Below are positions 40,566 through 48,571 of a stretch of 55,946 nucleotides of DNA, piece by piece. The notes under the pieces were generated by a model that did not search any database, was not told where the DNA came from, and saw nothing but the letters and a program-made list of their open reading frames with translations. Made by a program: the position numbers and the translations under genes. The stretch lies in the IMG/VR virus record IMGVR_UViG_3300050504_000274; one strand, written 5' to 3'. The number at the start of each line of letters is the position of its first letter. Position 1 is the first letter of the stretch. This DNA comes from a virus.

Positions 40566-43310
40566 CTAGGTGACGTGCGTGACGGAGAGTACGACCGAGT
40601 TCGAGACGTACCCGTTGTTCGTGTGGGTGATGCGGACCTTGAAGTTGCCGTTGCTGATCGGCGCGGCCGCGAGGACCGTCGAGGGGTAGGTGATCTGCGC
40701 GACGTTCACCGTGTCGGTCTGCACGACGACGAGGGCCGGGGTCAGCAGCTCGACGATGAACGCGCCCTTGAGCACGGCGACGCCGACCGGCGTGCCGGCG
40801 TTCTGGAAGCCGGCGCCGGTGTTCGAGGACGACGCCGTGGACCAGTTCCAGCGGACCGTCACGTTGTCGCCCGACTGGTACGACGGAGAGCCCTTGTGCG
40901 GCGCGGAGACGTAGGGGTTCTCCGGGTCGATCGGGACGAGGCCCTTGCCGCGGAGCACGTCGGCGTACGGCGGGATCGCGCCGATCGCGACCTGGCCGCC
41001 GGACGTGCTCGGCTGGCTCTTCGTGTAGAGGTCCTCGCCGGGGACGAGCAGGATGTCGTCGAAGGTCGAGAACGTCGAGTCCTGGAAGACGTAGACGGCC
41101 GCGCCGCTCGGGTGCGCGAGTTTCCGCGTGTCGTAGCGCGCGCGCAGGAGGCCGTCGAGCCGGTAGATCCCTCCGCCCATCGCCGTGAGCTTCTGCACGT
41201 AGCCGATCTCGATGCCGGCCGTCGAGACGATGGCGACGACCTGGCGGCCGAGCCCGAAGTTCGTCGGGTCGGCCGAGAGGTCGAGCGCGGTGGAGACGTC
41301 CGGCCCCCGCAGCACGAACGTCGGACCCTGGGCCAGCTCGTTCGGGCCGCCGGCCGACATCGCGACGTTGGTGGTGCCGCCGGTCGCCACGCCGGTCTCG
41401 ACGCCGACCTGGGTGTAGCTCGTGTTGTCGCGCGAGAGGTGGATCGCGGCCTCGGTGATCTGCGAGTGCGCGCGGATCCGCGGCACGAGCAGGAACATCT
41501 CCTCGGTCGAGGAGAGCTGCTCGGGCAGCTCGAGCGCCGCGAACTGGAGGTCCTGCTCGGGGTCGAGGAAGTTCGGGTCTCCCCCGCCGCGCTCGTTCAC
41601 GAAGTCGCTCTTGCGCGCGCCGTAGAAGTCTGGGACCACCTTCAGCGTGACGGTCTCCGAGAGCGGGTCGACGGTGGACTCGAGCAGGCGGAGCACCTCG
41701 TCGAAGCTGGCGGAGACGAACGGGTCGCCGGGGAGCAGGTTGCGCGCCTCGCGGTTCGACTTCAGCGTCACCGTGCCGGCGCCGGCCAGCTCCTCCTGCG
41801 ACCGCAGCTCCGAGAGCTGCGCGGCCGTGGAGAACTCGGTCGTGCTGGAGATCGGGACCTTCTTCGGCTTCGCGAAGTCGAGGTAGGCCATCTGGCCGTC
41901 GTCGTCGACCGAGATCGTCATGTCGCTGTAGCCGTGGTCTCGGTCGGTGAAGCTGAAGACCATCTTGTCTACGCGCTTCTCGGCGTGGAGCGACTCGACC
42001 TCGGGCAGGGAGTCGGCCTCCATGTCGACCGAGATGTTCGGCAGCGTGCCCGAGGGCTCGCGGCAGCGCTTGAACGTGAGGTCCCCGCTGGTCGTGTCGA
42101 TCGGCAGGAGCGTGCCGTGGTCCTGGAGCAGGTTGCCGAGGATGGCGTCGGCCTGCTCCCCGTCGACCGCGACGAGCGACGCGCGCCAGTCGAAGGACTC
42201 CGCCTCGGCGCCTAGCGCCTCGAGCGACGGGATGCTCCAGGACTCAGGGCCGCTCGGGTCGCGCTGGAGGCCGAGCGGGTAGCTCGCGAAGAGCAGCTCG
42301 GCCGCCGCCCAGGCTACGTTCACCCCGTCGTCGGTCGCGAAGCTGAAGAGCTGCACCGTCCCGGAGCTGTTGGCCCCGGCAGTGCCGCCCTCCAGGAAGA
42401 TCCGCGTGTGCGTGGCGTAGATAGGCAGGCCGTTGTAGGGGTTCGTCCCGACGACGACGATGACCGTCGTCGCCCGGCGCACCTCGTAGTTGCCGTCCGG
42501 CTTCGAGTTGCCGGTCAGGCGGATCGGCAGGCCGGGCTCGATGTCGCGCGAGTGGTCCCCGGCGACCTCCAGGTAGCCGACGTCCGGCGCGGCGTTGGCG
42601 ACCGCCGCCACGATCGTGAGCGTGGGGCCGTCGAGCGTCGCCGTCGGCTCGTACCAGGATTGCGAGCCGGAGAGCACGCTCGTCGTCGGCCGGCGCTCCA
42701 GCTCGTAGTTGAGGAGCGACCAGTTCGGGCTCGAGCCGAGGCGCTTCTTGTTCCAGACCACGTAGCAGCAGTAGGGCCAGCGGGAGCTGATGCCGACGCG
42801 CGCCGCGTCGCCGAGGAAGGCGTTGATCGGCTGGTTCGGCTCTCCCCAGTAGATGGTGAAGGACTCGTTCGTGCTGAGCTGGATCGTCGAGCCGCTCGGG
42901 TGCGACGTGCGCGTGATCGGGCCGCGGAAGATGATCTTGCCGTTGTCCGTGATAGAGTGCAGGGCGTCGCACGGTCCGACGGCGAGCTGGTGCCAGCCGG
43001 CCTCGTACCAGACGTCCACGCGCGGCGCGGGCGTGCCCTTGCCGCCGCCCGAGCGCTCGGAGCGGCTCTCGCGGTCGCCGGCCCAAGCGAAGACCGGGCC
43101 GATCTGGCGGATGCCGCAGATCCAGTTGATGTACGAGCCGCGCAGCGTGAGCGTCGTCGGCTTGTCGTCCTGGACCGGGGACTTGCTCTTCGGCTTCAGC
43201 AGCATGCCCGCGATGATCGCGAGGCTGACCGAGATCGCGAAGTAGATGAGGCTCGCCTCGCCGCACCGCGGGCTCGAGTGGTCGGGTCGCCGCAGGAGTC
43301 TCGCGTTCAT
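40566..43310 (-). CDS. Host-specificity/central tail fibre protein (lambda gpJ / GTA g15-like), 914 aa
   Basis: ATG 43310 (ATGA overlap). Size and position after an NlpC/P60 gene. The N-terminal TLRGSYINWICGIRQIGPVFAW...YEAGWHQLAVGPCDALH pattern matches that of Phage-tail_3-type proteins. Confidence 0.8.
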   Translation of the reverse strand: MNARLLRRPDHSSPRCGEASLIYFAISVSLAIIAGMLLKPKSKSPVQDDKPTTLTLRGSYINWICGIRQIGPVFAWAGDRESRSERSGGGKGTPAPRVDVWYEAGWHQLAVGPCDALHSITDNGKIIFRGPITRTSHPSGSTIQLSTNESFTIYWGEPNQPINAFLGDAARVGISSRWPYCCYVVWNKKRLGSSPNWSLLNYELERRPTTSVLSGSQSWYEPTATLDGPTLTIVAAVANAAPDVGYLEVAGDHSRDIEPGLPIRLTGNSKPDGNYEVRRATTVIVVVGTNPYNGLPIYATHTRIFLEGGTAGANSSGTVQLFSFATDDGVNVAWAAAELLFASYPLGLQRDPSGPESWSIPSLEALGAEAESFDWRASLVAVDGEQADAILGNLLQDHGTLLPIDTTSGDLTFKRCREPSGTLPNISVDMEADSLPEVESLHAEKRVDKMVFSFTDRDHGYSDMTISVDDDGQMAYLDFAKPKKVPISSTTEFSTAAQLSELRSQEELAGAGTVTLKSNREARNLLPGDPFVSASFDEVLRLLESTVDPLSETVTLKVVPDFYGARKSDFVNERGGGDPNFLDPEQDLQFAALELPEQLSSTEEMFLLVPRIRAHSQITEAAIHLSRDNTSYTQVGVETGVATGGTTNVAMSAGGPNELAQGPTFVLRGPDVSTALDLSADPTNFGLGRQVVAIVSTAGIEIGYVQKLTAMGGGIYRLDGLLRARYDTRKLAHPSGAAVYVFQDSTFSTFDDILLVPGEDLYTKSQPSTSGGQVAIGAIPPYADVLRGKGLVPIDPENPYVSAPHKGSPSYQSGDNVTVRWNWSTASSSNTGAGFQNAGTPVGVAVLKGAFIVELLTPALVVVQTDTVNVAQITYPSTVLAAAPISNGNFKVRITHTNNGYVSNSVVLSVTHVT

Positions 43311-43822
43311 CGGAGCCACCTCTCCCTGTCGCCGAAGCGGTACGCGGCGAAGAGCCGCTCGAAGCCGAGGCCGAGCGCCCAGCCGCACTGCGCGAAGCCG
43401 CTGGCCGACGTCGCGTGCCAGAGCGTGTTCTTCCGCCCGCCGACGATCATCACGTGGCCCGGGCCGCCGTCGGTCGTGCCGACGACGAGCACGTCGCCGG
43501 GCTGGTAGAGCCAGTGCCGCAGGCGCTCGGCGGGCCGGTACAGCCGGCGGAGCGCGGCGACCGCGCGGTAGGCCGCCTGCGGGTTGTGGAAGGCCGTGTC
43601 GTGCGGCATCGAGGAGTCCTGCCGGCGCGATCGCCCGTCCATCTCGTCGACCACGCCGAACACCGCCCCGATGCAGTCGCCCTCGACGCCGCGCATCGAG
43701 CCGCCGCTCCGGTACGGGGTGCGGTCCCACGACGCGAGCACGCGCTCGAGCCTCGCCTGCGCCGGCAGCAGCTCGGTCGGCATGGGCTCCCAGCGCGCCC
43801 CTATGATGGCGTGGGTCCTCAC
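43307..43822 (-). CDS. NlpC/P60-family cysteine peptidase (lambda gpK C-terminal/GTA g14-like)
   Basis: GVEGDCIGAVFGV (catalytic Cys) and GHVMIVGG (His). GTG 43822 with GTGA overlap. Confidence 0.75.
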   Translation of the reverse strand: MRTHAIIGARWEPMPTELLPAQARLERVLASWDRTPYRSGGSMRGVEGDCIGAVFGVVDEMDGRSRRQDSSMPHDTAFHNPQAAYRAVAALRRLYRPAERLRHWLYQPGDVLVVGTTDGGPGHVMIVGGRKNTLWHATSASGFAQCGWALGLGFERLFAAYRFGDRERWLR

Positions 43823-44679
43823 GCCGGGTTCTCGAAGAGGGGGTTGTACGGGAGCATGGCGTAGCCGAGGCCGGCGAAGTGCTGCTCGTTGTCCCAGACG
43901 GCGCGACAGTCCTGGATCGTCTTGTGGCAGCCGGGCACGAACTTGATAGACGTCGCCCCGGCGAGGAGCCACGAGTTCGGCGGCCGGCGGCGCAGCACGA
44001 ACTTGGTCGGGTCGGTCAGCACCCAGATGTGCACGCCGATCTGGAGGCCGTCCTTCTCGAGGTAGCCGCGCTCCCAGAAGCGGTCGACGTTGCCGCCCGG
44101 CGACGTCGGGGACGTCAGCGCCGCGTTAGGCGTCGTGATCGTGACCTCCTTGCCGTCCATCACCGCGATCTGGCCGAACTCCTGGAAGGAGGTGATGTTG
44201 AGCTGGCAGAGCGGCCCGAAGAGGCGGGCGTAGCAGTGGTGGTTGCACTGGAGGCCCATCGGGATGTCCAGGCGCGACTTGGCCGGCAGCGCGAAGAGCG
44301 CCACGGAGTTCCCGCGGCCCTGGAAGTTCTTCACCGAGCGCACGATTCGCCCCTTGTAGAGGACGCGGCGCGACCCGCTCTGGCCGATGAACGTCGGGAC
44401 GGTCACCTCGTCGACCTGGAGGAACATCGGCGAGTGCGGCAGCCCGCTCGCGACCTCCTCGGTGAAGTCGTCGATCGGGAGCATCAGCTTCAGCTCGCTC
44501 TTGTCGAACGTGCCGCTGTTGTCGGGGATCTCGACCGAGAGGCCGGGCGTGCTGACGTGCCCCTCCACGTCGGAGGCGAAGTCGGTGTAGCGCTCGAACG
44601 TGGGCGACAGCGGGTCTCCGTGGCGGATCACCACGAGGAGGTAGCTGTTTTTCTCCGGGCTCTGGTTGGCGTTCGTCAT
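43819..44679 (-). CDS. Tail hub protein, DUF2163 / BR0599-like (lambda gpL / GTA g13 analogue)
   Basis: C-terminal FVPGCHKTIQDCRAVWDNEQHFAGLGYAMLPYNP matches the PGC-x4-C...F-G-[FG]-P signature I know for BR0599-type proteins. Confidence 0.75.
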   Translation of the reverse strand: MTNANQSPEKNSYLLVVIRHGDPLSPTFERYTDFASDVEGHVSTPGLSVEIPDNSGTFDKSELKLMLPIDDFTEEVASGLPHSPMFLQVDEVTVPTFIGQSGSRRVLYKGRIVRSVKNFQGRGNSVALFALPAKSRLDIPMGLQCNHHCYARLFGPLCQLNITSFQEFGQIAVMDGKEVTITTPNAALTSPTSPGGNVDRFWERGYLEKDGLQIGVHIWVLTDPTKFVLRRRPPNSWLLAGATSIKFVPGCHKTIQDCRAVWDNEQHFAGLGYAMLPYNPLFENPA

Positions 44680-44681
44680 GT

Positions 44682-46361
44682 TCAGATGGAGACGTTCTTC
44701 TCCTCCAGGGTCTCGAGGAAGGAGAGCTGCGTGCTGAGGTAGCCGGCGCTGGACCAGCGCTCCTCCAGCTCGTCGCTGTCGAAGCGGGTGCGCCGGCCGC
44801 GCGAGATCCGCACGACCTGGGTCACGTCGAGGTTAGTCGGGAGGACGGGGCTGACGGTGATGCGGAAGACCGTGAGCACCTGCTGGACCGTGACCGCCTG
44901 GCGCACGTACTCCGTTCCGTCGGCCATCACGAGGCCGATCCACTCGCCCTGAAGTTCGGCCTGGAAGTCGGCGAAGTTCCCGATCTCGTTGACGCCGACG
45001 AAGTTCCCGGTCGGGTCGATCGACGCCGGCGTCCAGACCTGCTCCTGGTCGATCAGCCAGAAGGAGCGCAGGCGGCCGCGGCGCGTCTCCCAGAACTCGA
45101 CGATGCGCCAGATGTCGTCGCGGGTCGACGGCGCGCAAGCTCCGCGCAGGCCGGTGAAGGACATCGCGTGCGTCTGGCGCGAGCGGCCGGCGGCCGCCCA
45201 CACGAGGCTCGTGCGCCCCTGCTGGTAGCGCTCGCCCTGGCGGTTCCGGCCCGTCTCGATCGAGTCGAGCCAGTCCGGCTCGTACTCGAAGATCGGCGCG
45301 TCGGAGAAGACCTGCGCGTTCGTAGGCATGTCCGTCTTCACCGGCGGAAGCTGGGACGCGCCGGCCACCTCGACCAGCTCGAGGTCGACCTGGTACATGA
45401 GGGCGCTGACCAGCTTCGACTTGGCCTCGAGCGTGACCTCGCAGTCGATCATCGGCATCACGAGCGAGCCGGCCGGCACGGCGACGCCGAGGTTCGCCGT
45501 GAAGACGAGCCGGTCGTCCTGGAGGTCCTCGATCAGGTGGAACGAGTGCGACTTGTACTGGCCGGCGTAGTCGAGCTGCACAATCACCACGCGGGCTCCG
45601 AGGAAGTAGCGGCCCTTCGAGGTGTCGAAGAAGATCGTGTCGACGCCGGAGCCGTAGGAGGCGGCCAGCTCCACCTGGTCCATGTAGAGGGGCACTGCGA
45701 CGCGCTCGTCGGTCAGCTTCCGCAGCATCACCAGCAGCCGATCTATGCGAGCGCGCTGGGCGCCGTCGTCCCCGTACTGGTGCCAGGAGAGGCTGAGGGT
45801 GCGCTGCGGCTTGGACACGAGCCCGCGGCGGCTCTCGGCTCCCGAGGCCGGGGCGACGGATACGTCGGTCAGGAAGGAGGTCCGGAGGACGGCCTCGCTG
45901 GCCCAGTTGTGCAGGAAGACCTCGATGCCGGAGGCGAGCGGCAGGGGCTCCACCGGACCGGAGGCGCCGCGATGCGCGGCCACCTCGGCGGTGATCCTGC
46001 TGACCAGCGCGCGCCCCGCAGTGGACGCCTGGAGGCGCGTGGCGACCTCGGCGTCGAGGCGCGTGGCGACCGCGATCTTCAGGTTCCGGGCGCCGACCTC
46101 GGCGCTCATCCGGGTGACCTGGGCCTTGCCGCTCGTGGGCGCCTGGAGCTTCGTGGCGGCCTCGGCGTCGAGGCGGGTGACGCGGGCGGTCCCCGGGTTG
46201 CGGCCGCAGACCTCGGCGGTCATGCGGGTGACCTGGGCCTTGCCGCTCGTCGCGGCCTGGAGCGGCGTCGCTACCTCGGCGTCGAGGCGACCGGCGGCCG
46301 CCTGGGCGGGGGCCAGCGCCCCCGCCTCTAGCGACTGCCTCGAGACCTTGACTGCGACCAC
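44682..46361 (-). CDS. Distal tail protein-like (DUF2460/GTA g12 analogue) with an N-terminal triple 38-aa repeat
   Basis: GTG 46361 after GGAGG. It sits upstream of the hub gene but is separated from the tape measure by two paralogous genes. Repeats are described separately. Confidence 0.65.
   Translation of the reverse strand: MVAVKVSRQSLEAGALAPAQAAAGRLDAEVATPLQAATSGKAQVTRMTAEVCGRNPGTARVTRLDAEAATKLQAPTSGKAQVTRMSAEVGARNLKIAVATRLDAEVATRLQASTAGRALVSRITAEVAAHRGASGPVEPLPLASGIEVFLHNWASEAVLRTSFLTDVSVAPASGAESRRGLVSKPQRTLSLSWHQYGDDGAQRARIDRLLVMLRKLTDERVAVPLYMDQVELAASYGSGVDTIFFDTSKGRYFLGARVVIVQLDYAGQYKSHSFHLIEDLQDDRLVFTANLGVAVPAGSLVMPMIDCEVTLEAKSKLVSALMYQVDLELVEVAGASQLPPVKTDMPTNAQVFSDAPIFEYEPDWLDSIETGRNRQGERYQQGRTSLVWAAAGRSRQTHAMSFTGLRGACAPSTRDDIWRIVEFWETRRGRLRSFWLIDQEQVWTPASIDPTGNFVGVNEIGNFADFQAELQGEWIGLVMADGTEYVRQAVTVQQVLTVFRITVSPVLPTNLDVTQVVRISRGRRTRFDSDELEERWSSAGYLSTQLSFLETLEEKNVSI
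45966..46289 (-). repeat. Three tandem 114-bp (38-aa) coding repeats RLDAE(V/A)AT-LQA-TSGKAQVTRM(T/S)AEV...
   Basis: Residues 25-62, 63-100 and 101-132 of the 559-aa protein align with few substitutions. The DNA repeat is visible by eye. Confidence 0.85.
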
Positions 46362-46383
46362 GGTGCCTCCGCTCGCCCCTGGA

Positions 46384-47526
46384 TCAGGCGCTCAGCTTCA
46401 CGCCCATCTGCTGGCCCTGGAGGTCCGCGAGCACCCACGCGGCGCCCGTGTTGGGGTCGGTCTCGCGCGTCTCCGCCGCGCCGGTGTAGGCGGTCGTGCT
46501 GAAGACCTGGTTCCCGCCGCTCGTCTCCGCCGGCGTGCCGGTCGTCTTCCGGTAGTAGAAGTCCACCGTGCGGGTGCCGGTGCTGTCCATCTTGCCGTAG
46601 ACGCGCACCTGCACGCCGACGATCGGCGTCGTGCCGAACTTCGACGAGAGGTTCGACATCGTGGCGAGCGCGACCTGGCCTACGGTGCTGGAGGTGATCC
46701 GCTTGTCGTCCTCGGAGGTGCTCTGGGTGTCGGCCGGCTCGTCGAGGGCGTCCTCGATGTCGGTGGCGGTGCCGGCGAGCGTCCAGCTCATCGTGCTCCC
46801 GGTCCCGTCCGGCTTCATCGCCTCGCAGTAGATCATCCCGAGGTAGTCGTTGTTGACCGACCCCGAGGTGTCCAGGGCGTAGAAGTCCGTGATCGCCACG
46901 TTGTCGGAGGCGTCGCCGGTGTCGAAGCTGATCTCCACGCGGTCCACGCCGTCGGAGCCCTGGTTCGCCGTGTTGATCCCGGTCGCGGCGGCGTCCCACG
47001 TCGCGGTGCTAATCGTGCCGTGGTCCTTCAGGGTCGTGTACTTCAGCTCGAAGGAGCCGTTCGTGCCGGTGCGCACCGTGGCCTTGAACTGGAAGTACGT
47101 CCTGTACTGGTCCAGCGTGCCAGTGGCCCCGTTGAAGCGCTGCACGGTGCGGGCCAGCTCGGTCGCGCCCCGCATCACGCGCAGCTTGTAGTACGTGCCG
47201 CCGGGCTTGCCGGAGTCGCTGGCGTCGACCGCCTCGATCCGGAGCTGCTCCCCGCCGGACACGCGCAGGCCGACGTAGGGGGCCGCCGTGGGCGAGGTGT
47301 TCAGCACCGCGCTGTTGATGAGCTGGAAGCCGAAGCCGCAGACCCACGTGTTCGTCGGCGAGCCGACGAGGCTGGACGTCCGGAGCTTCAGGTTGGCCGA
47401 GTAGAGGACGGTCCGGCCGTACTCGTCGGTGAACGTGGCGCCGACCGCCCCGGAGACCACGGCGTAGAGCCTGGAGAAGATCGTCGCGTGGCGACAGCCC
47501 TGGAAGGCCTCGATCCAGCGGAGCAT
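46384..47526 (-). CDS. Jelly-roll/lectin-like tail protein, paralogue B (380 aa)
   Basis: MLRWIEAFQGC... Shares its N-terminus, the ...SGSVNNDYLG... core and the C-terminal ...AWVLADLQGQQMGVKLSA end with the neighbouring gene. Confidence 0.75.
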   Translation of the reverse strand: MLRWIEAFQGCRHATIFSRLYAVVSGAVGATFTDEYGRTVLYSANLKLRTSSLVGSPTNTWVCGFGFQLINSAVLNTSPTAAPYVGLRVSGGEQLRIEAVDASDSGKPGGTYYKLRVMRGATELARTVQRFNGATGTLDQYRTYFQFKATVRTGTNGSFELKYTTLKDHGTISTATWDAAATGINTANQGSDGVDRVEISFDTGDASDNVAITDFYALDTSGSVNNDYLGMIYCEAMKPDGTGSTMSWTLAGTATDIEDALDEPADTQSTSEDDKRITSSTVGQVALATMSNLSSKFGTTPIVGVQVRVYGKMDSTGTRTVDFYYRKTTGTPAETSGGNQVFSTTAYTGAAETRETDPNTGAAWVLADLQGQQMGVKLSA

Positions 47527-48569
47527 CAGGCCACCTCCACCCCGATCTGACCGCCGTTGATGTCGCTGACGTCCCAGGCGACCGAGGTCACCGGATTCAC
47601 GTCGAGCACCACGTCGAACTCGTCGAACGTCGTGCTGGCGACGGTGACCGTGGCGGCATCGCCGTCCGTGCCCCCGTCGTCGCGGTACTTGATCTTCACG
47701 TTCCTGGAACCCGCGGCCTGCATCGCGAGCTGGGCCTCGATCTGCACCGCGGCGATCGCGCCGTCGATGTGCGCGAGGTCCGTCATCGCGTAGAGGTCCT
47801 TCTGGCCGGACGTGTCGGAGCTGTTCGTGCCGCCGGGGCCGGACTCGTCGGGCGCGGCGTTGCCGGGATCCTGGACGTTGTTGAAGTTCGAGCCGCTGCC
47901 GGCGTCGTTCGTCCACTGGGTCGAGGCGCCCGCGCCGTTGATCGTGCACCCCTCGACGATGAAGTCGCCGAGGAAGTCGTTGTTCACGGAGCCGGTGCCG
48001 TCCTTGAAGTTGATGTCGTCGAGCAGGAACGTCGTCGACACGTTCGAGGTGAAGCGCAGGGCGAAGATGTCGGCCTGGTTCGAGCCGGCGTTCGCCGTGT
48101 TCTGCCCGGTCGCGGAGGTCACGAACACCTCGTCGTGTCGCAGCTCGTAGGCCCCGGTCGACGTGTTGACCGTGACCTTCAGCTCGAAGTGGTGCCAGTT
48201 CCCGTAGGCGTAGGCGGCCGACGTCGTGAAGAGCGTGGTCGACCCGCGCTTGAGCCGGATCTCGAAGCTGCCGGCGTTGTTCACGAACTCGACGTGGACC
48301 TGCTCCGCCGAGGCCTTCTCGATGTAGAGGCCCTGGTTGCCGGAGTTCAGGCCGGTCTGCTGGGACGTGATCCGCACCGCGAAGGCGAGGATCCACGTGT
48401 CGGCGAGCCCGAGGCTCTTCGTCACGGCGACGGTCGAGAGGATCCCGGCCGAGTTGCCGAACACGCGGCCGGCCTGCGAGGAGATCGAGCCCGTGAACGT
48501 CGCGTACTTCCTGATGAGCTGGTTGGTGTTCGTGTGAGTCTCCCAGCCCTCCATCCACCGCATCGCCAT
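47526..48569 (-). CDS. Jelly-roll/lectin-like tail protein, paralogue A (347 aa)
   Basis: MAMRWMEGWETH...TGSVNNDFLG...VAWDVSDINGGQIGVEVA. Lies directly after the tape measure gene. Confidence 0.75.
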   Translation of the reverse strand: MAMRWMEGWETHTNTNQLIRKYATFTGSISSQAGRVFGNSAGILSTVAVTKSLGLADTWILAFAVRITSQQTGLNSGNQGLYIEKASAEQVHVEFVNNAGSFEIRLKRGSTTLFTTSAAYAYGNWHHFELKVTVNTSTGAYELRHDEVFVTSATGQNTANAGSNQADIFALRFTSNVSTTFLLDDINFKDGTGSVNNDFLGDFIVEGCTINGAGASTQWTNDAGSGSNFNNVQDPGNAAPDESGPGGTNSSDTSGQKDLYAMTDLAHIDGAIAAVQIEAQLAMQAAGSRNVKIKYRDDGGTDGDAATVTVASTTFDEFDVVLDVNPVTSVAWDVSDINGGQIGVEVA

Positions 48570-48571
48570 GA

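Noticed and set aside
46384-48569. Diversity-generating retroelement targeting the paralogous lectin-like tail genes
   Set aside because: No reverse transcriptase motif (YxDD context) was seen in any ORF. I also found no template/variable repeat pair with adenine-specific differences. The paralogues differ throughout rather than at A positions only.
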